Source of the DNA: Hungateiclostridiaceae bacterium UBA1305 | GTDB lineage: Bacteria; Bacillota; Clostridia; Acetivibrionales; DTU013 | Direction of reading: 5' to 3' | Assembly: GCA_002307275.1 (NCBI GenBank) | Contig: DBTX01000078.1 | Coordinates: forward strand, 42-64,041 | DNA length: 64,000 bases | Part shown: positions 18,280 through 26,856 of the stretch, one piece after another | How the letters are laid out: each line of letters starts with the position of its first letter | How positions within the stretch are numbered: the stretch's first letter is position 1 | Translations under genes and position numbers: made by a program | The notes under the pieces: model-generated | The model's input: the letters and a program-made list of their open reading frames with translations, nothing else | Databases searched by the model: none | Told to the model about the DNA's origin: nothing

Positions 18280-19779
18280 ATGAAGGAAAATCCATTTATA
18301 TATGTTGTTGAACGTGCAAAGCGAACTCTTTTTCTTCCGATCTATAAATATGTCTATACGCTGAAGCAAAAAACAAATCTAAAGCTGCTGTTGACCAAAG
18401 TGCTGCTAAGGATTTCTTCAGGCTTGAGAGGCTTGTTTGTGCTGCGTCCGCAAAAAGCCACCGATTATTTCTATGCCGGAAGGCTGGGAATATATAAAAA
18501 GCTGGTAATATTGCTGGTTTTGTTGATTTGTCTCGCTCCTGTGATTTATTTTCAGTTTTTTAGCACAACGGTTTCCAACCAATCAACAGAAGTGGCCAGG
18601 GTATATGAGTACGTTTACAACGACCCTGACCTGGAAGCCTTCAGCGGTACGACAAGAATCCTTTCAGCCGGCAAAAAACTTGTTTATGAGGGCGCCGTTG
18701 AAAAAGGCCTCTGTACCGGCAAGGGCAAGCTTTATGATTTCGATGGCTTACTGCTTTATTCGGGTGATTTTGTCAATAATGAATACAGCGGCAGCGGAGA
18801 GCTTTATGATACCCATGGCTCACTACTCTATTCGGGTGGTTTTGCGAATAATGAATACAACGGCAACGGCAAGCTTTATTATCCCTCAGGGAAAACCAGG
18901 TATGAAGGCATGTTTGAAGCAGGCCTTTATAATGGCGCCGGAGTTTTGTACAATGAAAGCGGCTCTGTTTTGTACACAGGCGCTTTCGTAGACAACGTCT
19001 TTTCAGGAGAAGGGACTCTTTATGATGCTGCCACCTCGCGCATGGTTTATAGCGGCAGTTTCGTGAACGGCCTGTATGAAGGCAAGGGAACACTTTATTC
19101 CTCTATAGGCAGAAGCAAATTCACCGGTCAGTTCCTTAAAGGCCTTCCCGATTATGTATACTTTCTTTCCCTTCCCACCTCAGAGCTGGGCAATTATTTT
19201 CCCGATTCGCCTGTCGTGGCATACTCCGGGAATACATCAGCAAGCCTGACTTATAGTGAGATGAAAATAGCCCTGTTAAGTAATGAAGCTGAAACGGAAG
19301 AACTGACGGAGTCTACGGTAAGCTCGGTAATGGTTTATGACAATACCATGCCGGCAGGACTTGCGGACTCAAAAGCATCTTCCGGTCTTGAGTCCCTGCT
19401 GGGCGTTCCGATATATGAAGGCTGCAGCTATCCTCTCAGCGAGGATCTGATTGCCCTTGAATCCCTCTCAAAGCAAGGTGTTCTTACAGAGGCGGATACA
19501 TTATATACCGAAACTTCAGAGGAGGATGCCTCAATTTCCACTGCAGCTGACGAGGATGCATCATTTTCCGAAACTGCTGATGAGGATGCCTCGATTTCCA
19601 CTGCTGCTGACGAGGATGCCTCAATTTCCGAAACTGCCGACGAGGATGTCTCGATTTCCACTGCTGCTGATGAAGATTTACAGCTGTATCTGGCATGTTA
19701 TGAATATCAGGGTTTTGCCTTGACCCTGTTTTTTGATAAAAAGGGAGGCAAATTCCTGTACTACAGGTGGGATATATGA
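18280..19779 (+). CDS. MORN-repeat membrane protein with acidic C-terminal decapeptide repeats
   Basis: TM segment LVILLVLLICLAPVIYFQFF. At least 6 MORN-like units of YxGxxxxGxxxGxGxL(Y) type are present (YEGAVEKGLCTGKGKLY, YSGDFVNNEYSGSGELY, YSGGFANNEYNGNGKLY, YEGMFEAGLYNGAGVLY, ...). A DEDASISTAA/DEDASFSETA array lies near the C-terminus. Confidence 0.7.
   Translation: MKENPFIYVVERAKRTLFLPIYKYVYTLKQKTNLKLLLTKVLLRISSGLRGLFVLRPQKATDYFYAGRLGIYKKLVILLVLLICLAPVIYFQFFSTTVSNQSTEVARVYEYVYNDPDLEAFSGTTRILSAGKKLVYEGAVEKGLCTGKGKLYDFDGLLLYSGDFVNNEYSGSGELYDTHGSLLYSGGFANNEYNGNGKLYYPSGKTRYEGMFEAGLYNGAGVLYNESGSVLYTGAFVDNVFSGEGTLYDAATSRMVYSGSFVNGLYEGKGTLYSSIGRSKFTGQFLKGLPDYVYFLSLPTSELGNYFPDSPVVAYSGNTSASLTYSEMKIALLSNEAETEELTESTVSSVMVYDNTMPAGLADSKASSGLESLLGVPIYEGCSYPLSEDLIALESLSKQGVLTEADTLYTETSEEDASISTAADEDASFSETADEDASISTAADEDASISETADEDVSISTAADEDLQLYLACYEYQGFALTLFFDKKGGKFLYYRWDI
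19522..19680 (+). repeat. In-frame 30-nt tandem repeat (5.3 copies, alternating two variants giving a 60-nt super-period) inside the MORN gene
   Basis: GAGGATGCC/GAGGATGCA recurs at 19522, 19552, 19582, 19612 and 19642, with a decayed copy at 19672. It encodes (D/E)EDAS(I/F)S(T/E)(A/T)A units. Confidence 0.9.
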
Positions 19780-21833
19780 TGAAACAAAGGTTTCTGCTAT
19801 TTTTGCTTGTGCTTGCGCTTGCGATTGTTCTTCCCGGCAATATATGCAAAGCCGCCGCATATCCTCAGGTGCTTACCCTGAACCAGGCTGTCAGCTCCTC
19901 GGTCAATACTAACTATGCCATACGAAAAACGAAAAGTGAAATCAAGCTGAAAAACATAGAGCTGAAACAGGCTATACAGGCAATAAAGGATATCCGGTGG
20001 AAAGAAAGCACCATACAGTTTTCTCTTCTTTTTGATATCAAATTTCCTACAGAGCACGCCCTTCCAAAAGAGCTGGAGCTTGTAATGAAGGTGCCTAAAA
20101 TACAGGCGGAGCTTGACGCTCTTAACAGGAAGCTGGAATACTCCAGGTATAATGCCGTCATGTCAGCTAAAACGGCTTATTTTAATGTTGTTGAGATTAT
20201 GGAAAACTGCACCTTGCAGGAAAGCCGCCTTGCCACGGCGAAAAGCACTTATCTTCGCCTCAGCAGTGATTATATCCTTGGGAAGGCAAGCAAAGATGAC
20301 GTTGAAGAAATAAAAAACAGCATTCCGACTCTGGAAAAGAATTACCAAAGCAATTTGCTTCGTTTTGAAAATAATAAAAAGAAGCTTTCAAAGATAATAA
20401 ACGTAGATGTGTCCAATGGCTACACCTTCAGTAAGGACTTTTCCAAACTCACACTGGAAAGAAAGCAATTAACTGAAATAACCGATTATGCTTTAAAAAA
20501 TGACTATAAGGTCTATCAGGCCGAATTGACCCGCAAAACCCTGGATACAGAGGTTACAACACTGCGCAATATATACAACAGCCGCTGGGGAGCCAAGGTA
20601 AGTGAAATTGAAAGTGAAATAGCCAAAAATGGCCCTATTGATTTTCTTACCTTTCAGGAAAAGTATGATGCCGCTCTGGAAAGCATTGAAGAACCTTATA
20701 CCGGCTATTATTCCATACGGATATTATTTATTACAATCAATATTCCAAAGGAATGGTTCCGCAGCGAATACAGCGGTATACGCTACTTTGAGGATCAGAA
20801 GTACGCACTTTACGTGTCGCTTATGGACAGAGCGGAAGCAGTGAAGGAAGAGGAAGAGGCCCGCAAGGATCTGACCGCTCAGGTAGAAGACAGTTTTAAC
20901 AGCCTGCTGGAGTTATGGAGCGCTTATGAAGATTCATTAAGCGGAATTGACAATGCAAAGCTCCGGTATAACCAGCTAAAAGAGCTGAATCTTACAGGAA
21001 ACGCTTCGTTTATGGATGTGGAAAGCGCCAAAAACGATATCCTGTCTTTTGAAAACGCAATGCTGTCTTCCCTGATCGCTTATAACAAAGCTCTGGCAAG
21101 CTTTGATTTCACCACGTCAGGCGCGGTAACAAAGCTGTTGTCGGGAGTTTCACTGGCTCCCGCCGGTAAATATGATTCAGGCCTTTCCTGGCTTTCATCC
21201 GATGCGGATGCCGAAAAGCCCATGTGGTATATGAATACCCTGATAAACGAGTACAAATTTGTTTTTGGTATTTCCATACCGGAAGACAGCGAAATTGCAG
21301 CAACCCATTATGAACTGTGTACCGAGGACGGCAGCCTTATTGGAGCACGTACCGCCATAAGCAGTGTGATCACCCATTTGCCTCTCGTATACGAGGGCAC
21401 AACAAAGCTCATTGTCAAGCTGTATAAGGAAAGTACACTGACATATACCGCTGAAATTGATGCTGCCAATTATACCGGCACTCTTGACCTCAAGCCTGTC
21501 AGTCCTGGTACCGTGACAGCTTCAAATGATCTTCCGGCTTCAGGCACGCTGATGGGCAATTGGATTTTGGTAAAAAACAATGACAACTACACTTCCCAGC
21601 TTACATTGGATTTTGATAAAAAATGGAATGTAGGTTTTTATGAGTTGACAACAGCCTCCGGGGACAAAATCGGCAATGCAAGATTTCCCGCCGCTACGCC
21701 GGTTTCCCATTTATCCATCACCTTTTCCTCAATGGAAAATCTGACGCTCAAGCTGTTCGACACAGACGGCAATTCGCTGGGAGATGCATTGATTTTAAAT
21801 GATATGAATGTGCAAGTCATAAAAATGAAATGA
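19776..21833 (+). CDS. Secreted TolC/outer-membrane-efflux-protein-like protein with two C-terminal beta-sandwich-like repeats
   Basis: Signal peptide MMKQRFLLFLLVLALAIVLPGNICKAAA. LTLNQAVSSSVNTNYAIRKTKSEIKLKNIELKQA plus long heptad-rich helices with YxLGKASKDDV resemble OEP/TolC repeats. The C-terminal internal duplication is ATHYELCTEDGSLIGAR... versus VGFYELTTASGDKIGNAR.... The ATG at 19776 overlaps the upstream TGA (ATGA), and AGGTGGG RBS is present. Confidence 0.5.
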   Translation: MMKQRFLLFLLVLALAIVLPGNICKAAAYPQVLTLNQAVSSSVNTNYAIRKTKSEIKLKNIELKQAIQAIKDIRWKESTIQFSLLFDIKFPTEHALPKELELVMKVPKIQAELDALNRKLEYSRYNAVMSAKTAYFNVVEIMENCTLQESRLATAKSTYLRLSSDYILGKASKDDVEEIKNSIPTLEKNYQSNLLRFENNKKKLSKIINVDVSNGYTFSKDFSKLTLERKQLTEITDYALKNDYKVYQAELTRKTLDTEVTTLRNIYNSRWGAKVSEIESEIAKNGPIDFLTFQEKYDAALESIEEPYTGYYSIRILFITINIPKEWFRSEYSGIRYFEDQKYALYVSLMDRAEAVKEEEEARKDLTAQVEDSFNSLLELWSAYEDSLSGIDNAKLRYNQLKELNLTGNASFMDVESAKNDILSFENAMLSSLIAYNKALASFDFTTSGAVTKLLSGVSLAPAGKYDSGLSWLSSDADAEKPMWYMNTLINEYKFVFGISIPEDSEIAATHYELCTEDGSLIGARTAISSVITHLPLVYEGTTKLIVKLYKESTLTYTAEIDAANYTGTLDLKPVSPGTVTASNDLPASGTLMGNWILVKNNDNYTSQLTLDFDKKWNVGFYELTTASGDKIGNARFPAATPVSHLSITFSSMENLTLKLFDTDGNSLGDALILNDMNVQVIKMK

Positions 21834-21843
21834 GGTAACAGCA

Positions 21844-24462
21844 ATGAAAAATACATACCTGAAAAAATTCCTGACCTTTATTCTTATATTGAGCATGGCC
21901 ACCAGCCTGTTTTTATTTGCGCCCGCTGTTTCATACGGCGCACAGCTGCGACCGGGCGCGGCGGATATTCCCTCAGGTACTCTTATCATCGGCACGCATC
22001 TTATTCACATCAAGGCTCTTAACTCCGAGCTTCTGGCAGTTGCCACAGCCAGTGCGACCAGCAGCCTGCAGGCAAAAACATATTACAAGTCCGAATTTTC
22101 CAACGGGACATGGTACGATATCTCCGGCGCCTCCGGCTTTTCAGATATAACCAGTGAGGGCAAGCCGGTTGCAAACACGGTAATCGATGCTTTGATACTG
22201 ACACACTGGACCAGGGAAGACGGTAAAACAATAGACCTCGCCACCGGCATGATTGTCGATATCCACAAAATAAATGACCCTTCGGATTTTTCAACTCTTC
22301 CTGAACTTGCGGAGCTCAAAACCCGAAGGAATATGCTTATTGAAACGATAAAAAATGAAAATACCGGGGAAAACAATCAGAAGCTGCAATCCATAGAACG
22401 CATTATTATAACTCCCTTCAGCTCGGAGGAAAGCAAAGCCGTTATAGACAAAATGGATGCTCTTGAAAAATATATAAATTATCTCAAGGAAAAAAAGACG
22501 CGCGATGATTGGGTAAATGCAGTTGTGGACCTGAAAGGCAGCATGAATACTGGAAAAACACTGCTGTGTTATAAAGAAGTCCTTTCAAGGCTGAATACAG
22601 AAATCAGCTTTGTTGAAACAAAAATTGTTGACGCCGATAACAAGACGAAACCCGCAGCAGATCTTTCCGCTGCCTATTATACCTGTCTTGACGCCGTCAA
22701 CAAAAAGATTGTGGAGCTGGAAGGCAGCCAGTCCGGCTCCCAGGGCACGGGAGCGTTAAATAAGGCAAAGGCGGGATATGAAGAGGCAGTGATCGCCTCA
22801 GCTATCGCGGCAAGTTACGACAAGGCTGATTCAAGCCTTGAAAAATGCATGTCGGTAAAAAATATCCTTGGCGGCCTGAAGCTGGATATTCCTCTTGAGC
22901 TTTCAATACTCAAGCCTCTGCTGTCTGATCTGACCAAAGAGCTGTGTGCCGCATGTACCGGCGGCATTTCTTCAGAATACACCCAGGCGAAAAAAACCGG
23001 AGAGTCGGCCATTATACTGGATTCTCTGAAAAAAAAGCATGTGTCCGGTCTTTCATCCCAGGTTTCCGACATCGAATCCATCATCGGTTATATAAAGGAT
23101 CGGGAATCGGACGCCCTTCAATTGGAAACCGTCCTTTCTCCAGTTCTCAAAAGCTGCCTTGACGCACTTTCAAAGGTGCCCGTGGATGATGCCCGGGATG
23201 ATACTGTTGATGTCCTCAAGCAGCTTATCGACTGGTTGAACGCAGAGCTTGCCCTTCTTCAGCAGCAGCAAATGGATACAACACTCTCCGACAGCCTCTC
23301 TTCTTTGGAAAGCCAGATTTCGGAGCTTACCCAGGATTATCTTTCCGCGCTTGACGAGCGCAACCTCAGCGGAGCTCAGTCCATAAAAGCCGAAATAGAC
23401 GAACTCGCTGCCAAAAAGGCCGACATTTACGAAAATGCGGCTGCAGAACAAAGCAAGCTGTTTGAACAAAAAGCAGCGCTGGAAGCAAAACTGGAAGATG
23501 CCTTGAATAAAGGAGACAGTGCCGCTGCCAGCGACCTGCTTAACCAGCTTTCCACCATAAACGCGGCGCTTGATATTCAGGACTCCGCCACAGATGGGCT
23601 TACCGCTGTCAACAATGCCGCTGTAAGCGACTTGTTTACTGAATTGGAGGAATATCTCAGTCAAAGTGATTTTACCTCCGCCCTCTCCAAAATGCAGGAA
23701 ATATCCGATATGCTCAATGCTTCGAAGCCCATTCCAGCCAATTCTCTTTCTTTATTAAATAAAATACTGCCTAAGGTACAAAGCAAACTGGAGGATGCGG
23801 AAACAAAGGGAAAAACAACGGATGCCGGCAAGCTGACAAAAATCGAAACGCTTTTCAATTCACTTTTGGGGATAGTATCCAATGAGGATTCACAAATTGA
23901 AGCTGACACGGATGCTTTACAGGATGCATTGCTGGAAAAGCTGGACAGCCTTATTTTACAATCAGGCATTGATTCCGATACTGCCGACGGCCAGCTTTTA
24001 AAAGCCCTGCTTCTTGACAAGCTGGGAGAAACCCCTGAGTTTTCGGCGCTTGGAGATTTTATCAAAACGCTGCAGGAGGATGCTTTGGCACAGCTGAAGG
24101 CTCTAGGCAGTGATTATACCGTAGATGATTACAAAATACTTAATGGACAAGGTTATGCAAACCTCAAAGAACTGGCCGCTATTTCGGGCCGACGTTATGT
24201 ATGGCAGCAGAGCAGCGGCACTGCTTCTGTTACAAGCGGCCGGTCTGCTATCATTTTTTCAAAAAACAGTTCCAGTGTCACGATTGACAAAAAGCTTACA
24301 AGTATGCCCTTAAGTACTCATTTCTCCAGCAGCAAGCTCTACGTTCCGCTTTCCTTTACAGCTGACGCCTTGAATTCTTCATGGATTCGGGCCGGGTTGA
24401 GCGGAAAGCCGCTGATCTATCCGAAGAAATTGGACAAGGTGGCCGCCGGGTTGATGAAATAA
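21844..24462 (+). CDS. Secreted 872-aa coiled-coil-rich protein with C-terminal Cu-amine-oxidase-N-terminal-like (stalk) domain
   Basis: Signal peptide MKNTYLKKFLTFILILSMATSLFLFAPAVSYGA. A long Ala/Leu/Glu/Ser-rich helical region follows. The C-terminal SVTSGRSAIIFSKNSSSVTIDKKLTSMPLSTHFSSSKLYVPLSFTADALNSSW resembles the clostridial copper amine oxidase N-terminal-like domain. GAGGTAA RBS is present. Confidence 0.45.
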   Translation: MKNTYLKKFLTFILILSMATSLFLFAPAVSYGAQLRPGAADIPSGTLIIGTHLIHIKALNSELLAVATASATSSLQAKTYYKSEFSNGTWYDISGASGFSDITSEGKPVANTVIDALILTHWTREDGKTIDLATGMIVDIHKINDPSDFSTLPELAELKTRRNMLIETIKNENTGENNQKLQSIERIIITPFSSEESKAVIDKMDALEKYINYLKEKKTRDDWVNAVVDLKGSMNTGKTLLCYKEVLSRLNTEISFVETKIVDADNKTKPAADLSAAYYTCLDAVNKKIVELEGSQSGSQGTGALNKAKAGYEEAVIASAIAASYDKADSSLEKCMSVKNILGGLKLDIPLELSILKPLLSDLTKELCAACTGGISSEYTQAKKTGESAIILDSLKKKHVSGLSSQVSDIESIIGYIKDRESDALQLETVLSPVLKSCLDALSKVPVDDARDDTVDVLKQLIDWLNAELALLQQQQMDTTLSDSLSSLESQISELTQDYLSALDERNLSGAQSIKAEIDELAAKKADIYENAAAEQSKLFEQKAALEAKLEDALNKGDSAAASDLLNQLSTINAALDIQDSATDGLTAVNNAAVSDLFTELEEYLSQSDFTSALSKMQEISDMLNASKPIPANSLSLLNKILPKVQSKLEDAETKGKTTDAGKLTKIETLFNSLLGIVSNEDSQIEADTDALQDALLEKLDSLILQSGIDSDTADGQLLKALLLDKLGETPEFSALGDFIKTLQEDALAQLKALGSDYTVDDYKILNGQGYANLKELAAISGRRYVWQQSSGTASVTSGRSAIIFSKNSSSVTIDKKLTSMPLSTHFSSSKLYVPLSFTADALNSSWIRAGLSGKPLIYPKKLDKVAAGLMK

Positions 24463-24493
24463 TACATGTTAATTTGAAAGGTGATGTGGGTTT

Positions 24494-25096
24494 ATGGCTG
24501 ATTATTCAATAATTGCAGATTTCGGCAATGAAATCGTCAAGCTGATGCGAGACAATTTGTGCCCGGAATTGGTTCAAAATCCGGAATCTATACTTTTGTG
24601 CCCTCCCTTTGAAAAGGGAGAGTACCTTCTTGGCATCCACCTGTACGATATTCAAACCGACGGATATTATCCCCAGAATGAAATGGTAAATATCGGTGAA
24701 AAGCAACAGCGGTTTCCTCCCATGCCTGTAACCCTTTTTTATATGTTTACCGTAAACACAACTACGAATATCGCGTCAAAATCCATTGTCGAACAGCGTA
24801 TTTTATGCAGGGTAATGCAGGTGCTGCATGATAATTCTGTATTTGAGATTTCCGACATACAGCCCGGCGCAGAAACCTCTGATGAAGCTATCTCCCTGTC
24901 GCCTCACTTCCTGACCTATGAGGACAAGAGCAGGATATGGAGCAATTCAGGTTCCGGAAGCACCTCCAAGCTTGCTCTTTATTATAAGGCCGCTCCAATC
25001 CTTATCGATTCTACCCGGATTTCGCAGCCTGAACGTGTTACAAGCATAAAAGTGAAGCTTGATGGAAAGGAGCCGCGTCATGGTATCTCAGACTAA
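24494..25096 (+). CDS. DUF4255 (Pvc16/Afp16 N-terminal domain) protein: CIS tail terminator/cap
   Basis: ADFGNEIVKLMRDNL...LLGIHLYDIQ...PVTLFYMFTV...EQRILCRVMQVLHDNSVF...LSPHFLTYEDKSRIWS...LALYYKAAPILIDS follows the DUF4255 pattern as I know it. It starts only 31 nt after the preceding gene. Confidence 0.75.
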   Translation: MADYSIIADFGNEIVKLMRDNLCPELVQNPESILLCPPFEKGEYLLGIHLYDIQTDGYYPQNEMVNIGEKQQRFPPMPVTLFYMFTVNTTTNIASKSIVEQRILCRVMQVLHDNSVFEISDIQPGAETSDEAISLSPHFLTYEDKSRIWSNSGSGSTSKLALYYKAAPILIDSTRISQPERVTSIKVKLDGKEPRHGISD

Positions 25097-25883
25097 AACA
25101 CTGCATACTGTCAATGTGGCTTTCCGGCTTATAGACGACTTCACGGGAAAGCTGCTAAAAGAACCGACATTTTTCTTCTTTGCAGATGGAAAGAGGCTTT
25201 CACCCGTCAGAAAGCCTGAAGGCCTTTTCGTTTTAACAGATCTTGTTGATTTGCAAAATAAGAAGATAACCATTTGCTCGCCCTGCTATTGTGATTTTAC
25301 TGTTTCAGACCTTTCCTGTCCGGATAAAAAAAATCCTGTTATGACCGTACGGCTCAAGCCGGGAGTAAATTATCCGCTGAAGAACGGCGACACCGCATAC
25401 AGTGCATGCTTTACCGGCCACAATGGAAATGGCGTCAAAGGACTTGCCGTTGAGCTTCATGCTCCTTACCGGAATGACACAGTCAAGTTTAAAGCTCTTC
25501 AAACAATGGGACAGACTTGCCGGATTTCCCTTACAAACCCAACAGGCCTTGATTATACAGGACTTACCTTTGCAATAGCTTCAGACAACAAATCAGACGC
25601 GCCCTTTGTTTTTAAGGTACTTCGCCGCCTTGACAACACCTCCTATGAAATCGGAGAAAAACCGGAAATAGCTTTATCTCAAGCCCTTCCGGCCAAACGT
25701 GTATTTGCGTCTGAAACAGACGCATCAGGCCGCGTACTCATCCCGGTCGTTCCGGATTCTGAAGGAGGAGCATCCATACAGGAGATTGAGCTGTACGCTT
25801 CGGACGGTACAAGTACCTGTTTCAGAGGAATAACTCTTGTGGAAGGCCGCATATCTCACTTTGATGAAACATTTGAATTTTAA
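25080..25883 (+). CDS. Hypothetical protein (beta-rich, possibly prealbumin/carboxypeptidase-regulatory-like repeats) between cap and spike-tip genes
   Basis: The ORF has a strong AAAGGAG RBS 7 nt before the ATG at 25080, overlapping the DUF4255 gene end by 17 nt. I recognise no motif. Confidence 0.4.
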   Translation: MVSQTKTLHTVNVAFRLIDDFTGKLLKEPTFFFFADGKRLSPVRKPEGLFVLTDLVDLQNKKITICSPCYCDFTVSDLSCPDKKNPVMTVRLKPGVNYPLKNGDTAYSACFTGHNGNGVKGLAVELHAPYRNDTVKFKALQTMGQTCRISLTNPTGLDYTGLTFAIASDNKSDAPFVFKVLRRLDNTSYEIGEKPEIALSQALPAKRVFASETDASGRVLIPVVPDSEGGASIQEIELYASDGTSTCFRGITLVEGRISHFDETFEF

Positions 25884-25910
25884 ATATAAAAAATCGGAGG
25901 ATTTTTAGTT

Positions 25911-26297
25911 ATGGGAATTTGTGTTTGCGGCGGCGCTAATATGAAATGCACTTTCGGAGCCGCTCCGTCTACGTTTATAGTATTGCCCGAAAAAAAAGTC
26001 ATGACGACCCAGCCTATCGCAACAATCATGGATAACAAGCCCATGTCCAATATCCCGCCGTTCGGCATGTGCAGCAGTATGGCAAATCCAGCTGTGGCGT
26101 CTGCAACCGCGGCAGCCTGGGGCGTTCTTACACCGCAGCCATGTACGCCCACGATACCTGCGCCGTGGGTTCCCGGCTCACCAACAGTCCTCATTGGCAA
26201 TATGCCTGCGCTGAATGCTTCCTCAAAGCTGATGTGTGCCTATGGCGGTGTAATAGATTTTGCGACTCCCGGACAGGCTGCCATCCAGGTACCATAG
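25911..26297 (+). CDS. DUF4280 (PAAR-like) protein: candidate spike-tip sharpening protein
   Basis: GANMKCTFGAAPSTFIVLP...ATIMDNKPMSNIPPFGMCSSMANP...PQPCTPTIPAPWVPGSPTVLIGNMPALNASSKLMCAYGGVIDFATPGQ matches the DUF4280 Cys/Gly pattern. GGAGG RBS is present. Confidence 0.8.
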   Translation: MGICVCGGANMKCTFGAAPSTFIVLPEKKVMTTQPIATIMDNKPMSNIPPFGMCSSMANPAVASATAAAWGVLTPQPCTPTIPAPWVPGSPTVLIGNMPALNASSKLMCAYGGVIDFATPGQAAIQVP

Positions 26298-26321
26298 CCC
26301 CGTTATGGAGGCGGCGGAATA

Positions 26322-26855
26322 TCATATCAGCCTTTTTTTGATGGCCTCATCTGCCGTTCTGCGCCCATCCGCAATATCCATCAGCACGTCATTACATCTG
26401 TCGAGGGTATTCAGAAAGATGCCCAGCTGAATCTCAATCAAGGAATACCCGACACGCTCATCCATATTGTCAGTGAGGATAATGCTGCTTTTATAATACA
26501 GCATTTTTTTCCTTTCATCTATGCCGAGGGCTCCTCCCGGAATTTTGGGATTGAGCCTCAAAACGGCACGGGCCAGTTCATTGCAGGTGCCCGGTGAAAG
26601 GCTCTCCCTCAGGCAGGAAAAAAGCTGAAGGACATTGTAGCCGTATTGCTCTATTTCTTCCTCTTTTCTTGGCAAAAAGGAGGCTTCCACTTGAAGCTTA
26701 TCTTCCCTGTCTCCCAGATTTTCCGGGGAAATCAGCAAAACTGCCTCCCTGCGTTCTCCTTCCGGCAGGACGGTCTCTGTTGAAAACCCAAGGGCCCCAA
26801 GCTCCTGAGCAATCCTGTCGAGCAGTCTTTTCTCCAGTTCCTTTCTCACACCCAT
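26322..26855 (-). CDS. Hypothetical protein, type-III-chaperone/YbjN-like by pattern; paralogue of the upstream gene
   Basis: 177 aa from MGVRKELEK, with a GGAGAGG RBS; its ATG follows the upstream TAG by 1 nt. LQVEASFLP...YNVLQLFSCL...LRLNPKIPGGALGIDERKKMLYYKSSIIL...LDRCNDVLMDIADGRRTADEAI aligns by eye with the neighbour. Confidence 0.45.
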   Translation of the reverse strand: MGVRKELEKRLLDRIAQELGALGFSTETVLPEGERREAVLLISPENLGDREDKLQVEASFLPRKEEEIEQYGYNVLQLFSCLRESLSPGTCNELARAVLRLNPKIPGGALGIDERKKMLYYKSSIILTDNMDERVGYSLIEIQLGIFLNTLDRCNDVLMDIADGRRTADEAIKKRLI

Positions 26856-26856
26856 A

